DNA of 64,000 nucleotides from Candidatus Gottesmanbacteria bacterium (GTDB taxonomy: Bacteria > Patescibacteriota > Microgenomatia > UBA10105 > UBA927), in contig CAWEKC010000004.1 of the NCBI GenBank assembly GCA_963809665.1, forward strand, positions 37,172 through 101,171. The letters run 5' to 3'. This document shows, piece after piece, positions 1 through 11,478 of the stretch. The notes under the pieces were generated by a model, which saw only the letters and a list, made by a program, of their open reading frames with translations, was not told the DNA's origin and did no database searches. Within the stretch, counting starts at the first letter, position 1. Every line of letters begins with the position of its first letter. The position numbers and the translations under genes were made by a program.

Positions 1-2
1 TG

Positions 3-494
3 GCAGGGGTATTCGCACCAACCGTGAATTCATATAAACGGTTAACACCGGGTTTTGAGGCTCCTGCATATATCAGCTGGGCCAGGATTAACCGGTCGGC
101 TCTTATACGAGTACCGAAAATGTCTAAAGGGACGGAAGCTGCCGGAACCAGACTGGAAATCCGGTGTCCCGATCCGTCTGCCAGTCCATATCTCACGTTT
201 GCCGTGCTACTGCGTGCAGGGCTGGACGGAATAAAGAAACATATGAGAGCGCCTGTACCGGTTGAAGAAAATGTGTTTGAGTTTGACGACGCGAAGCTTG
301 AAGCGCAGGGTGTCGGTAAACTGCCGGCAAGCTTGGGCGAAGCATTGGAGGAAATACAAAAAGGAAAAATTGTACGTGAGACGTTCGGCAGTTATACCTG
401 GGGAAGATATATGCAGGCCAAACGCGAAGAATGGAACGCGTTCCGGCGTCATGTCACGGACTGGGAAATCACGCGTTACTTTACTGATATCTAA
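3..494 (+). CDS. glnA: Glutamine synthetase type I, C-terminal part (5' truncated by window)
   Basis: NSYKRLTPGFEAP, NRSALIRVP, RLEIRCPDPSASPYL motifs. Confidence 0.95.
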   Translation, partial: AGVFAPTVNSYKRLTPGFEAPAYISWARINRSALIRVPKMSKGTEAAGTRLEIRCPDPSASPYLTFAVLLRAGLDGIKKHMRAPVPVEENVFEFDDAKLEAQGVGKLPASLGEALEEIQKGKIVRETFGSYTWGRYMQAKREEWNAFRRHVTDWEITRYFTDI

Positions 495-543
495 GGACAT
501 TCTCTGGTCTTTTCACAAAAAAACAGCTACAATGTCCTTGATT

Positions 544-861
544 ATGGCTCCGATACATTCAAAAAAGTTTTCGAAAGATACCGTCCACAAAATTGCCAAG
601 CTTGCCAATATTCCCGTCACAATCCGAGAGGAGGCAGCACTCGCAGAAGGATTCAATACGACGATAAAAGTTGTTGATACACTCTTTTCCGTTGAGGTAA
701 AAGGCGTGACACCGACAAGTCAGGTTACGGGACTGGAAAACATATTTCGGGAAGACGAAATAGACGGGGTCAGGCAGTTTACCCAGGACCAGGCTCTTGC
801 AAACGCACCGCGTAAACACAACGGATATTTTGTCGTTGACCAGATTCTTGAGGACGATTAA
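544..861 (+). CDS. gatC: Asp/Glu-tRNA amidotransferase subunit C
   Basis: VHKIAKLANI...NIFRED...ALANAP...GYFVV; directly upstream of gatA; start moved to ATG 544 after TACAAT at 528-533. Confidence 0.9.
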   Translation: MAPIHSKKFSKDTVHKIAKLANIPVTIREEAALAEGFNTTIKVVDTLFSVEVKGVTPTSQVTGLENIFREDEIDGVRQFTQDQALANAPRKHNGYFVVDQILEDD

Positions 862-863
862 CC

Positions 864-2279
864 ATGAAACTCAATGTTTTAACTCTCAAAGAGGCAATTG
901 AAAAATTGCAGCATAAAGAGATCTCCGCGGTCGAGCTGTACCGCGATGTTGATGATGCTATAGCGGAAAAAAACGCTGAATTTAATATTTACCTGACACG
1001 GAACAATACAGCCGTGGCAGAAGCAGAGAAACAATCCGCAAAACCTCTGGCCGGAGTACCGGTAGCCGTGAAAGATAACTTTTTAACCCAAGGTATGAAA
1101 ACAACGGCCGGATCAAACGTATTAAAAAATTTTATACCGCCGTTTGATGCAACGGTCATTTTACGGTTGAAACAAGCCGGCGGCATCGTTGTGGGGAAAT
1201 CGAATATGGATGCGTGGGCGCATGGCAGCAGCACCGAAACATCCGATTTTGGCCCGACGAAAAATCCGAGGAACCCGCAGTACCTGCCGGGCGGATCCAG
1301 CGGCGGCAGTGCAGCGGCAGTAGCCGCAGACCTTTGTCTTGCAGCCATCGGCAGTGAAACCGCGGGGTCTATCCGACAGCCGGCATCGTGGTGCGGAGTC
1401 GTGGGCCTGAAGCCAACCTACGGCCGCGTAAGCCGTGCAGGTGTTGTTGCTATGGCTTCGTCAACAGATACGCCGGGAACAATCGGAAAGACCGTAGAAG
1501 ACTGTGCAGCACTTCTGAACATAATTGCCGGACAGGACAACTATGATGCCACAACATCGCCGGTTCCCGTGCCGGATTTTACCAAAGGAATAAAAAATGG
1601 GGTAAAAAAAATGAGGATCGGGTTGTGCTATACGGATCACGAAAAATTAAAGAGTTCAGAGGCTGCCAAAGCCGTTATTGCGGCTGGCAAAGAATTCCAG
1701 CGGCTTGGAGCATCAGTAGATATCGTACCGGTAAGTAAAAAACCGCTGAAGAGTCATATATTCGACCCTGAATTTGCCGTAGCCGCCTATACGGTAGCCC
1801 AGCGGAGCGAAGTGAGCAGTAACCTGGCGCGCTTCGATGGGATACGGTACGGCAACGACAGATCATTTTTCGGCGATGAAGCGAAACGCCGGATAATGCT
1901 GGGGACATTTACGCTGTCTAAGGGTTATGCAGACCGTTATTACATCACAGCGCAAAAAGTACGCAGTTTATATATCAGAAATTACCAGGAATTGTTTGAG
2001 CAGTACGATATTTTAATAGCCCCGTCCAGTCCGGGCTATGCGCAAAAACTGGGAGCAACAAAAAATAATCCAATGTACGGAGAGCTTGAGGATATATTAT
2101 TGGAGCCCAGCTCCATTTCCGGTTTGCCCGGTATAAGCGTGCCATGCCACCGTGATCCCGAAACGAATTTATATCTCGGTCTCAATATTATGGCTAATTA
2201 TTGGCAGGAAGAAAAAATGATTACCGCAGCATACGCATTTGAACAGGCAACAAAATGGAATCCCTGGATACATAAATAA
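864..2279 (+). CDS. gatA: Asp/Glu-tRNA amidotransferase subunit A
   Basis: Amidase signature VAVKDN, PGGSSGGSAAAVA, GSETAGSIRQPA. Confidence 0.97.
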   Translation: MKLNVLTLKEAIEKLQHKEISAVELYRDVDDAIAEKNAEFNIYLTRNNTAVAEAEKQSAKPLAGVPVAVKDNFLTQGMKTTAGSNVLKNFIPPFDATVILRLKQAGGIVVGKSNMDAWAHGSSTETSDFGPTKNPRNPQYLPGGSSGGSAAAVAADLCLAAIGSETAGSIRQPASWCGVVGLKPTYGRVSRAGVVAMASSTDTPGTIGKTVEDCAALLNIIAGQDNYDATTSPVPVPDFTKGIKNGVKKMRIGLCYTDHEKLKSSEAAKAVIAAGKEFQRLGASVDIVPVSKKPLKSHIFDPEFAVAAYTVAQRSEVSSNLARFDGIRYGNDRSFFGDEAKRRIMLGTFTLSKGYADRYYITAQKVRSLYIRNYQELFEQYDILIAPSSPGYAQKLGATKNNPMYGELEDILLEPSSISGLPGISVPCHRDPETNLYLGLNIMANYWQEEKMITAAYAFEQATKWNPWIHK

Positions 2280-2288
2280 TATTTAATT

Positions 2289-3594
2289 ATGCAGTACGAG
2301 CCGGTCATCGGGATGGAAATACATGTTGAGCTGGGCACACAAACCAAGATGTTCTGCGGGTGCCCGGCCGACCATTTTGCCAAAAAGCCTAATTCACAAA
2401 CATGTCCGGTGTGCCTCGGGATGCCGGGAGGACTCCCTGTACCGAACAAAAAAGCGATCGAATGGACGATAAAGCTCGGACTCGCACTCGGATGCGGGAT
2501 TCCCGAAACCAGCAAGTTTGACCGGAAAAATTATTTTTACCCGGACTTACCGAAAGGGTATCAGATTTCCCAATATGACCAGCCGATGGCCGTAAACGGT
2601 GTTGTGGATACTCCGCAAGGCGCAATCCGCATTCACCGCGTCCACCTTGAAGAGGATACCGGCAAACTTCTTCATACGAACGTCAACGGTACGAAAGTGA
2701 CGCTCGTGGATTTTAACCGAAGCGGGGTACCGCTCGTTGAGATCGTAACTGAACCGGATATACGAAGCGGTGAACAGGCAAAAGCGTTTTTAAAAAAACT
2801 GTATCAGATCGTACGGTATCTGGGGATTTCCGATGCGGACATGGAAAAAGGTTCCATGCGCCTGGAGCCCAATATTTCCGTACGGATAGTCGGGTCAAAA
2901 GATTTGCCCGACTACAAAGTCGAGGTAAAAAACATTAACTCATTTAATTTCGTCAAAAAAGCAATAGAGTATGAAGTAAAAAGACATATAGAAATTTTAG
3001 AAGACGGAAAAATTCCCGTTCAGGAAACGCGCGGCTGGATGGAGGGGCAAAATAAAACGGTGTCGCAGCGGGTAAAAGAATCCGCTGATGACTACCGTTA
3101 TTTCCCGGAACCGGATATTCCCCCAATGCGCTGGACCAGTACGTACGTTACTGAGATTAAAGCCATGCTTCCTGAACTACCGGAGGCAAAATATAAGCGG
3201 TTCATGAAAGATTACTCGCTGAATGCATATGATACGGGAATACTCATAGATACCAGGGAAATGGCAGATTATTTTGACGAAAGTATGAAATTAGGCGCCG
3301 TACCGGCCAAAGAAAATTGCCAACTGGATTATTAATAAAAAAATAAATATCGGAGAAATATTGCCTGCTCAACTTGTCCGATCAATTATCAAAGCGTCAA
3401 CAATCTCATCAGTATCTGACGCAGAGTTAAAAAATATGATACAACAGGTTATCGAGGCAAATCCGAAAGCCGTAGGTGATTACAAAAAAGGTAAAGAGCA
3501 GGCCGTGATGTTTTTAGTCGGTATGGTCATGAAAGCGCTGAAAGGGAAAGGAAATCCACAGGATATCAGACGGAAAATCATTTCAATTATATGA
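2289..3594 (+). CDS. gatB: Asp/Glu-tRNA amidotransferase subunit B, split by a +1 frameshift near 3309-3316 (probable sequencing error)
   Basis: IGMEIHVEL, FDRKNYFYPDLPKGYQISQ, YRYFPEPD; removing one A gives VPAKKIANWIINKK joining the Yqey-like tail (ORF 3361-3594). Confidence 0.93.
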
Positions 3595-4379
3595 CGGAAA
3601 TAAAAACGGAAATTCCTCAGATTTTAAAACAGTCAAAGGCAGTACTGCTTAAAGGCCCGAATAAAGGGAGAATCCGCAACCCCCTCGTCGCCCAAGAGGA
3701 GGCAATTACCATTCTTGAATCTGCCGGATATGTTTCACCCGACAACTATTATCTTAAGCGCAACGCTATAAAAGAACTGGACGCACGAAGCCACGATTAC
3801 ATTCTTACCTCACAGGCATCAAAAACCGAAGACACGAGAAAACTAGTCGAAATCGATGACTTAACAAAAGTATTAAACAAGAAAGGAATCAGCAGGAGAG
3901 TTGAGGAAGCCGTTGAACAACATAACCGTCTTGGTACCTCGTACGCAGTTTTAGTGATGGATGTTGATAAATTTAAAGATTTTAATGACACATACGGACA
4001 TCTGGAGGGTGATGAAGTTTTGATCGGGTTTGCACAATACATGGGAAAACATACACGCAAATACGAAGGATTCGGACGATACGGTGGGGATGAATTTGTT
4101 GATCTTCTTGAAAATCCGTCCCGTGATTCTGCAAATGAAATTATGAAGAGAGCAAAACAATTTTTTACAGAAAAAACTGCGGAAGATATACGATATAAAA
4201 ATCTCTGCGTGAGTTTAGGTGTAGCACACTTAGAACGAGGCGAAAAACTGGATGCCGAAACGTTATTGAATAGAGCGGATGCAGCCATGTATCAGGCAAA
4301 AAAAACACCCGGTACCTCTTTAGTTGAATGGAGGTATAACATGACAGAGACGGACAAAAACCGTACATCTCCAAAATAA
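3591..4379 (+). CDS. GGDEF-domain protein (putative diguanylate cyclase)
   Basis: DDLTKVLN, MDVDKFKDFNDTYGHLEGD, RYGGDEF, ADAAMYQAK. Confidence 0.92.
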   Translation: MTEIKTEIPQILKQSKAVLLKGPNKGRIRNPLVAQEEAITILESAGYVSPDNYYLKRNAIKELDARSHDYILTSQASKTEDTRKLVEIDDLTKVLNKKGISRRVEEAVEQHNRLGTSYAVLVMDVDKFKDFNDTYGHLEGDEVLIGFAQYMGKHTRKYEGFGRYGGDEFVDLLENPSRDSANEIMKRAKQFFTEKTAEDIRYKNLCVSLGVAHLERGEKLDAETLLNRADAAMYQAKKTPGTSLVEWRYNMTETDKNRTSPK

Positions 4380-4382
4380 TGT

Positions 4383-7300
4383 ATGTCTGATTTTGTTCAT
4401 CTTCACACGCATAGTGAGTTTTCGCTTCTGGATGGTCTGGGAAAACTGGATCATCTTATCGAGCGGGCCAAATCGTTCGGTATGGACGCGTTGGGCCTGA
4501 CCGATCACGGAGCGATGTACGGATCATTTAAATTTTATCTCAAGGCGAAAGCCGCAGGCATCAAACCCATTATCGGCGTTGAAACCTATGTAGCGAAACG
4601 GAGCCGTTTTAATAAAGAGGGAAAAATCGATTCTGAGCCATACCACCTTATTCTTCTGGCAAAAAACGAGACTGGCTACAGAAATCTCATGAAGCTGGTA
4701 ACACATGCGCATCTCGAGGGATATTATTACAAACCCCGTATTGACTGGGAATTGCTCAACGAACATCATGAAGGTCTCATTTGCACCAGCGGATGTCTGC
4801 GGGGACAAGTCGCACAGCTTCTCAATGAGGGGAAAGTCAAGGAAGCGGAACAAGTCGCAACGCAGTACGCTAAACTGTTCGGACCGGATCATTATTATAT
4901 TGAACTTCAAAAGCATCCGCACATTCCGCTTATCGACGATGTTAACGGGAAGCTCGTAACGTTATCGCGGAATCTTGGGTTGCCACTCGTTGCTACCAAT
5001 GATATTCATTATGTCGATCCCGGTGACGCGGAGGCGCAGGAAATATTACTGTGCGTGCAGACACAGCATACAATTTTGGAAAAAAACCGGCCTCTTTCCA
5101 TGATAGAATCACCGGATTTTTATATGCGCAGCCCCGATGAAATGAAAGGTCTGTTTATCCAGTACCCGGAAGCGATTACCAATACGGTGAAAATTGCAGA
5201 AATGTGCGATGTGACGCTATCCGTTGGAAAGTGGATATTGCCCCATTATCCGCTGGAAAACGGAGAATCCCCGGCCCAGCATTTAGAAAAAATGGTCGCG
5301 GACCGGACAAAAATAAAATTCCCGACGCTGACAGGGGTAATCAAGGACCGTATCAGCTATGAATTAGGGATCATTAACGCCAAGGGATATTCTACATATT
5401 TCCTTATTGTTCAGGATTTTGTCAACTGGGCAAAAAACAACGGCATTGCTGTCGGCCCGGGCCGCGGGTCAGCCGCGGGATCGGTCATTTCGTACATTTT
5501 GAATATCACGGGTCTTAATCCGCTATATTTTAATCTTCCGTTTGAACGTTTCCTGAATCCCTCCCGTCCGAGCCCGCCCGATATTGACCTTGATTTCGAA
5601 GATGACCGGAGAGACGAGGTAATCGCCTACGTAACCGCGCGGTACGGCACCGATAAAGTTGCCCAGATTATTACGTTCGGCACTATGGAAGCGCGGGGGG
5701 CAATCAGGGATGCCGGACGCGCCCTTGGCATGCCGTATGCCGGGCCGGATAGGATAAGCAAAATGATTCCCGCAGGTTTCCAGGGCGGGCCAATGACGAT
5801 AGATAAAGCCCTTGAACAATCCGCCGAGCTTGCCCTCGCGTATAAAACAGAACCCGAAACGAAACGCCTATTAGATGTTGCAAGGAAACTTGAGGGTGTT
5901 GCCCGTCACGCATCGGTGCATGCCGCGGGTGTCGTCATTGCAGATAAGCCGTTGGTGGAATATACACCGCTCCAGCGCGAATCCAAGGGAGAACGGGTTA
6001 TTACCCAATACGACATGTATACCGTCGGGGAAGACGGCGTGGGACTTCTTAAAATGGACTTTCTTGGTCTCCGGAACCTTACGATTATGTCGCAGGCTCT
6101 CAAGTTTATTAAAGATGTCCGGGGAGAAGTCATTAATCTGGAAAAAATTCCTCTCGATAACAAAAAGGCCTATCAGATGCTCGCAAGCGGGGAAACGACG
6201 GGGGTATTCCAACTGGAGTCGGCCGGTATGCGCAGGTATATTAAAGAACTCAGACCGACGAACATTTTTGATGTCATGGCTATGGTTGCCCTCTTTCGGC
6301 CCGGTCCAATGCAAACAATACCCGAGTTTATCAAGAGAAAACACAATCCTTCAGCTATCACGTATCCCGATCCGAGACTGAAGGATGTATTGAAACAGTC
6401 GTACGGTATTATCGCGTACCAGGACGACGTCCTCTTAACAGCCATCACGCTTGCCGGATATTCCTGGGGGGATGCGGACAAGCTGCGGAAAGCTGTCGGG
6501 AAGAAAATTCCGACGGAAATGAAAAAACAGAAGGAAAAATTTATTGAAGGATGCGTAAAGAACGGCATGACACGCCCGAAAGCAGAAGACATATTTAACC
6601 TTATCGAGCCGTTCGCGGGGTACGGATTCAATAAAGCACATGCAGCATGCTACGCAACCATTGCCTACGAGACCGCTTATTTGAAAGCAAATTATCCTGT
6701 TGAGTTTATGACGGCAGTATTAACAGCCGAATCCAGGGCAAATACCGGACCGGCGCGGGATGAACGTATCGCAAGCATGGTGGCCGAATGCAGACGGACA
6801 GGATTGACGCTCCTCCCGCCTGATATCAACACGTCGGATGTAGAATTTACGATCGAAGACGGTAAGATACGTTTCGGATTGTCTGCCGTTAAAAATGTAG
6901 GTACCGCTGCGATAGAATGCATTCTCTCGGCCCGCAAGGCCTCACGGTTTGTGAGCCTGTCTGATGTCGTGTCCCGCGTTGACACGTCTAAAGTTAACAA
7001 GAAAACGTTTGAAAGCCTTATTAAAACCGGCGCAATGGACGCCTTCGGGTCACGGTCTTCCATGCTGTCCGGGTTCACCCAACTTCTGGAACAGTCCCAT
7101 AAACATAAAAGGACTGTCGCGTCCGGACAGGTTGGCTTATTTGCGGATGATGATGCGGCTCAGGTTTTTTCTGACGCTCTGAGAGATATTCCTGAACTAT
7201 CCCAATCGGAGCTGCTCGGATTTGAAAAGGAATTGCTCGGTTTTTATCTTACTACACATCCTCTGGAGCCGCACCGGAAAGTATTGGCGGCAAAATCATT

Positions 7301-7586
7301 CATACCGCTTACCCAACTTTCGTCCGAACGGATCGGAGAACGGGTACTTGTAGCGGGGATTATTGTCAGCGTTAAAAAGATCGTAACCCGTGCCGGAAAC
7401 CATGAAATGGCTTTTGCGAAGCTCGAAGACCTGACCGGAACGATCGAGGTTGTTGTATTCCCAAAAATTTATGCGTTGACGTCTGATTTATGGAAACCGG
7501 ACCGTGTGGTTGAACTTACGGGGAAACTTGATCAAAAAGAGGATCGCCTGACAATTTTAGCTGATGACGTAAAATCGCTTGTCTAG
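4383..7586 (+). CDS. dnaE: DNA polymerase III alpha subunit
   Basis: PHP FVHLHTHSEFSLLDG, GPGRGSAAGS, PDIDLDF, YGFNKAHA, C-terminal OB fold. Confidence 0.98.
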   Translation: MSDFVHLHTHSEFSLLDGLGKLDHLIERAKSFGMDALGLTDHGAMYGSFKFYLKAKAAGIKPIIGVETYVAKRSRFNKEGKIDSEPYHLILLAKNETGYRNLMKLVTHAHLEGYYYKPRIDWELLNEHHEGLICTSGCLRGQVAQLLNEGKVKEAEQVATQYAKLFGPDHYYIELQKHPHIPLIDDVNGKLVTLSRNLGLPLVATNDIHYVDPGDAEAQEILLCVQTQHTILEKNRPLSMIESPDFYMRSPDEMKGLFIQYPEAITNTVKIAEMCDVTLSVGKWILPHYPLENGESPAQHLEKMVADRTKIKFPTLTGVIKDRISYELGIINAKGYSTYFLIVQDFVNWAKNNGIAVGPGRGSAAGSVISYILNITGLNPLYFNLPFERFLNPSRPSPPDIDLDFEDDRRDEVIAYVTARYGTDKVAQIITFGTMEARGAIRDAGRALGMPYAGPDRISKMIPAGFQGGPMTIDKALEQSAELALAYKTEPETKRLLDVARKLEGVARHASVHAAGVVIADKPLVEYTPLQRESKGERVITQYDMYTVGEDGVGLLKMDFLGLRNLTIMSQALKFIKDVRGEVINLEKIPLDNKKAYQMLASGETTGVFQLESAGMRRYIKELRPTNIFDVMAMVALFRPGPMQTIPEFIKRKHNPSAITYPDPRLKDVLKQSYGIIAYQDDVLLTAITLAGYSWGDADKLRKAVGKKIPTEMKKQKEKFIEGCVKNGMTRPKAEDIFNLIEPFAGYGFNKAHAACYATIAYETAYLKANYPVEFMTAVLTAESRANTGPARDERIASMVAECRRTGLTLLPPDINTSDVEFTIEDGKIRFGLSAVKNVGTAAIECILSARKASRFVSLSDVVSRVDTSKVNKKTFESLIKTGAMDAFGSRSSMLSGFTQLLEQSHKHKRTVASGQVGLFADDDAAQVFSDALRDIPELSQSELLGFEKELLGFYLTTHPLEPHRKVLAAKSFIPLTQLSSERIGERVLVAGIIVSVKKIVTRAGNHEMAFAKLEDLTGTIEVVVFPKIYALTSDLWKPDRVVELTGKLDQKEDRLTILADDVKSLV

Positions 7587-7639
7587 GGGAGTGTTAGTAA
7601 TCTTTTATTATACCGTACGGTCGCGTAAAAAGAAAGATG

Positions 7640-7691
7640 TTGACATTATACCCGCGTATTCCCTAAAATTTGGGTACCCTTGTGATAGAAT
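7640..7691 (+). promoter_or_regulatory. Candidate sigma70 promoters of atp operon
   Basis: TTGACA(7640)-18-TAAAAT(7664) and extended -10 TGATAGAAT(7683-7691). Confidence 0.5.
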
Positions 7692-7709
7692 AAGGACGAG
7701 GGGTTTCGT

Positions 7710-8003
7710 GTGGTCGAACAATACGATATTACGCTGAAAGAAGGGTTTAAGGGAGCAAAAAACCGCCCGAAACGCCGGAGTAAAGAATCGGATGATGCGT
7801 GGTACTACCTGGGATTGGCCGGACAAATAGGATATGTCATCGCAATTCCGGTTGCAGGAGGCGCAATTCTTGGTTCGCTTATTGATCAAAAATTCGGACT
7901 CTATCCTAAGGGGACGATGATAGGACTTATGAGCGGACTAGTCCTGTCGATAACAGCATTTGTTCGCGTGATACAACGGGTTTTGCAAAAACAGAAGAAG
8001 TAA
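7710..8003 (+). CDS. AtpZ/AtpI-family small membrane protein
   Basis: Two hydrophobic helices, LAGQIGYVIAIP...GSLIDQKF; first gene of atp operon. Confidence 0.8.
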   Translation: MVEQYDITLKEGFKGAKNRPKRRSKESDDAWYYLGLAGQIGYVIAIPVAGGAILGSLIDQKFGLYPKGTMIGLMSGLVLSITAFVRVIQRVLQKQKK

Positions 8004-8007
8004 TACT

Positions 8008-8847
8008 ATGCCGCAAATATCTTTAGCAGCGGAAAAAATCGGTTCCGTTTTCGGATTGCCTATTACCAATTCGTTATTATCGACGTGGATTGTTATGGCA
8101 ATTTTACTGGTATTCTCTCTTGCAGCCACCCGTAATATGACGCTGGTGCCGCATGGCATTCAGTCGATCGCTGAAATGATAGTCGGCGGTTTCTATGATT
8201 TCTTTACGTCGGTAGCCGGTAAGCATATCAAACAGTTTTTCCCGCTGATCGCATCGTTTTTCCTTTTTATTGTCACTGCAAACTGGTTCGGACTATTACC
8301 CGGTGTCGGAACGATAGGGTTTTTTGAAACGGAAAAAGTGCATGAGCAGACGGAAACGGCAGTAACCGGTACGGTGACCACGTCTCCGGAACAACTTACG
8401 CCCGAACAGCCCGTTCCCAATAGCGCTCCGAAATTCGTACCGCTCCTGCGGGGCCCGAATGCGGACTTAAACATGACACTTGCTCTTGCTATCATATCTA
8501 TTGTCGCAATCCAATATTTCGGATTTAAAACGCTCGGGTTCCATTACAGTACACGATATATAAATTTCAAAGGTCCCATTGATTTCTTCCTGGGGTTCCT
8601 GGAAATCATTTCTCAACTAGCAGACATCGTGTCGTTTGCGTTCCGGTTGTTCGGCAATATTTTTGCCGGCGAAGTGCTTTTGACGGTTATGGCGTTTCTT
8701 ATACCGTTTATCGTACCCCTGCCGTTTATGGCTCTCGAGTTGTTCGTCGGGTTTATCCAGGCGTTGGTATTTTCGATGTTGACGGCTGCATTTTTAAATG
8801 TCGCGGTTTCGCATGGAGCGGAAGAACACGCCAAGCACGCGGCCTGA
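8008..8847 (+). CDS. atpB: ATP synthase Fo subunit a
   Basis: NWFGLLPG, PNADLN, SFAFRLFGNIFAGE, FIQALVF. Confidence 0.97.
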   Translation: MPQISLAAEKIGSVFGLPITNSLLSTWIVMAILLVFSLAATRNMTLVPHGIQSIAEMIVGGFYDFFTSVAGKHIKQFFPLIASFFLFIVTANWFGLLPGVGTIGFFETEKVHEQTETAVTGTVTTSPEQLTPEQPVPNSAPKFVPLLRGPNADLNMTLALAIISIVAIQYFGFKTLGFHYSTRYINFKGPIDFFLGFLEIISQLADIVSFAFRLFGNIFAGEVLLTVMAFLIPFIVPLPFMALELFVGFIQALVFSMLTAAFLNVAVSHGAEEHAKHAA

Positions 8848-8866
8848 GTAAAGGAGGTGAGTAGTT

Positions 8867-9094
8867 ATGGATCAAAATACAGTTAAACTTATTATGACGG
8901 GTATTACGGTTTCAGTCGGCGGTTTTATGCCGGCACTTGCAATCGGAATGCTCGCCGCTAAAGCGATGGAAGCCATCGGCCGAAATCCTGAAGCCGCAGA
9001 TGGTATACGCACCACGATGATTTTGGGGTTGGCATTTGCTGAAGCTATCGCTATTTATTCGCTGGTAGCAGGGCTGATTATCAAATTCGTGTAA
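8867..9094 (+). CDS. atpE: ATP synthase Fo subunit c (no Na+-binding Q..ES/T signature, likely H+)
   Basis: AIGRNPEA, AFAEAIAIY; SD AAGGAGGT upstream. Confidence 0.97.
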   Translation: MDQNTVKLIMTGITVSVGGFMPALAIGMLAAKAMEAIGRNPEAADGIRTTMILGLAFAEAIAIYSLVAGLIIKFV

Positions 9095-9121
9095 AGGGGC
9101 GACCCATGAAAGGATACCGTT

Positions 9122-9619
9122 ATGGAGCAGTTAGGAATTGAGCCGAATTTGCTTTTGGCTCAAATAGTCAATTTTTTAATCATATTTTTCGTGCTCTCGA
9201 AGCTTCTCTATAAGCCGATCCTTGGCATGCTGGAAAAGAGGAAAAAAGAAATTACAGCCGGCCTTGAACTGACGGAAAAGATGCGGCTGGAGGAAGAAAA
9301 GTTAAACGTACGTAAAGAAAAATTATTGGATGAGGCGCGTAAAGAAGCGAGAAATATAGTGGAAGCCGGAAAAAAGGAGGCAGATGCGCAGGCGAAAGAG
9401 ATAGTGGAATCTGCACACAAGGCCTCTCAGGACATCATAGAAAAGGGGAAAGAAGATGTCGTTGAGCTTCGCGCAGGTATGCAGAAGGATGTGCGGAGGG
9501 CCGCAGTGGATATAGCCCAGGCTATGACTAAACAGTTATTGTCACAGGTGCTAACGCCAGCCGATCAGCATAAGTTGATTCAAAAACACCTGAAAGAATT
9601 GGAAAAGGTTAACGCATGA
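9122..9619 (+). CDS. atpF: ATP synthase subunit b
   Basis: AQIVNFLI..LYKPILGMLEKR then coiled coil. Confidence 0.95.
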   Translation: MEQLGIEPNLLLAQIVNFLIIFFVLSKLLYKPILGMLEKRKKEITAGLELTEKMRLEEEKLNVRKEKLLDEARKEARNIVEAGKKEADAQAKEIVESAHKASQDIIEKGKEDVVELRAGMQKDVRRAAVDIAQAMTKQLLSQVLTPADQHKLIQKHLKELEKVNA

Positions 9620-9966
9620 AGACGCTTTCAAAAGATGCACGCGGTTTTATAGACGAAGTCGCGAGCTTCGTGAGAAGCGATGCGCGCGCAAAAAATGTCG
9701 CGCCGCGTGTTACGTCGCTTCTGACGAAGGTAACAGCCGCAGCGCGGCGCGAAAACAACGCACAGGTGAAAAGCGCAGTTGGGCTGCTTGGGCCGGAAAA
9801 GGAACGTATTGAAACTGTTCTTGGTAAGCTGTTGGGGCACTCTGTCACATGTGCGTATGGAATAGATACATCTCTTATCGGAGGCATTCAGATTCAGGTA
9901 GCAGACTGGATCGTTGATTCCAGTCTCACAAGTCAAATAGCCGACATTGCGCGGTCAGTTACATAA
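9616..9966 (+). CDS. atpH: ATP synthase delta subunit (short form)
   Basis: AQVKSA...[21 protein letters not shown]; operon position. Confidence 0.88.
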   Translation: MKTLSKDARGFIDEVASFVRSDARAKNVAPRVTSLLTKVTAAARRENNAQVKSAVGLLGPEKERIETVLGKLLGHSVTCAYGIDTSLIGGIQIQVADWIVDSSLTSQIADIARSVT

Positions 9967-9968
9967 AT

Positions 9969-11477
9969 ATGAAAAACGATTATACCCAGGATATTGCCGA
10001 CGAATTAGTAAAAAAAATAACGCAGTACGAACCCGAGGTGCGGGCTGCCCGAATAGGGCACGTTATAGCTGTTGCAGACGGTGTCGCACGCGTCTCCGGC
10101 CTCCAGCAGGTAGCCCTCATGGAACGGGTTCAGTTTGAAAGCGGCGTTGCGGGCCTTGCTATTAATCTCGAGGAAGATGTCGTGGGCGTTATTGTTCTGG
10201 GCGATTACCTTTCGATTAAGGAAGGGGACGAGGTAACAGCCACAGGTAAACTTCTGTCCATGCCCGTCGGGGAGTCGTTTTTGGGCCGCGTTGTCAATCC
10301 GATCGGAGAACCGTTGGACGGCGGACATGAAATAAAATCCAAAACTCTCTATCCGATTGAAAAGGTGGCCCCGTCGGTTACCAGCCGCCGGAAGGTCCAA
10401 ACGCCCATCCAGACAGGAATTAAAGCCATAGACGCCATGATTCCGATCGGCCGCGGACAACGGGAGCTCATTATCGGTGACCGGAATACCGGAAAAACAT
10501 CCATAGTCGTTGATACGATTATCAATCAGAAGAAAGAAAACGTCATTTGTATTTACGTAGCCATCGGACAAAAAACCTCCCGTATTGCTCAGGTTATCCG
10601 CGATTTGACCGAACACGGGGCCCTTGAGCATACGATCGTTGTTTCGGCATCGGCAAACGATTCCGCCGCGTACCAATATCTTGCACCGTATGCAGGATGC
10701 GCGATGGGTGAATATTTTATGGACCAGGGGCGCGACGCACTCATCATTTATGATGACTTAAGCAAGCACGCGTGGGCGTACCGCCAGATATCACTTATTT
10801 TACGAAGACCCTCAGGCCGCGAAGCATATCCTGGAGATGTATTTTATCTCCATAGCCGTCTGTTGGAGCGTGCATGCCGTCTGGACGAGAAACACGGTGG
10901 CGGATCTCTTACCGCTCTTCCTATTATAGAAACACAGGCAAACGATATGTCCGCCTATATTCCGACAAATGTTATTTCCATTACCGACGGGCAGTTGTTT
11001 TTGGAATCCGACCTTTTTAACGCGGGTCAGCGTCCGGCAATTAATGTCGGTATTTCCGTTTCCCGTGTCGGGGGAGAGGCACAGATAAAAGCAATGAAAA
11101 AGGTAGCCGGGACGCTGAAACTCGATCTTGCCCAGTACCGGTCACTCGCTGCATTTGTTCAATTTTCATCGGATGTTGATGAAGCGACTAAAAAACAGAT
11201 CGAACGGGGGAGCCGCATGATGGAACTTCTGAAACAAGGCGTATTTGTTCCCATGCCTGTCGAGGAACAGATTGCAAGCATCTGGGCCGGAACGGCAGGA
11301 TATCTGGATGACATTCCCGTGGCAAAAATCAGTACGTTTGAGAAAGAATTTTTAGCATTTCTGGGTTTGCGGTATAAGAAAACTATGTCCGCAATCGTCA
11401 AGGAGAAAATTATGACGCCGGCAATCGAATCACAGCTCAAAGAGGCAGTCACAACCTTTAAAAAAGGATTTACCTGA
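9969..11477 (+). CDS. atpA: ATP synthase F1 alpha
   Basis: [35 protein letters not shown]. Confidence 0.98.
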   Translation: MKNDYTQDIADELVKKITQYEPEVRAARIGHVIAVADGVARVSGLQQVALMERVQFESGVAGLAINLEEDVVGVIVLGDYLSIKEGDEVTATGKLLSMPVGESFLGRVVNPIGEPLDGGHEIKSKTLYPIEKVAPSVTSRRKVQTPIQTGIKAIDAMIPIGRGQRELIIGDRNTGKTSIVVDTIINQKKENVICIYVAIGQKTSRIAQVIRDLTEHGALEHTIVVSASANDSAAYQYLAPYAGCAMGEYFMDQGRDALIIYDDLSKHAWAYRQISLILRRPSGREAYPGDVFYLHSRLLERACRLDEKHGGGSLTALPIIETQANDMSAYIPTNVISITDGQLFLESDLFNAGQRPAINVGISVSRVGGEAQIKAMKKVAGTLKLDLAQYRSLAAFVQFSSDVDEATKKQIERGSRMMELLKQGVFVPMPVEEQIASIWAGTAGYLDDIPVAKISTFEKEFLAFLGLRYKKTMSAIVKEKIMTPAIESQLKEAVTTFKKGFT

Positions 11478-11478
11478 T

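Noticed and set aside
262-543. 199-aa extended gatC
   Set aside because: Extension overlaps glnA in another frame; homology starts near 544.
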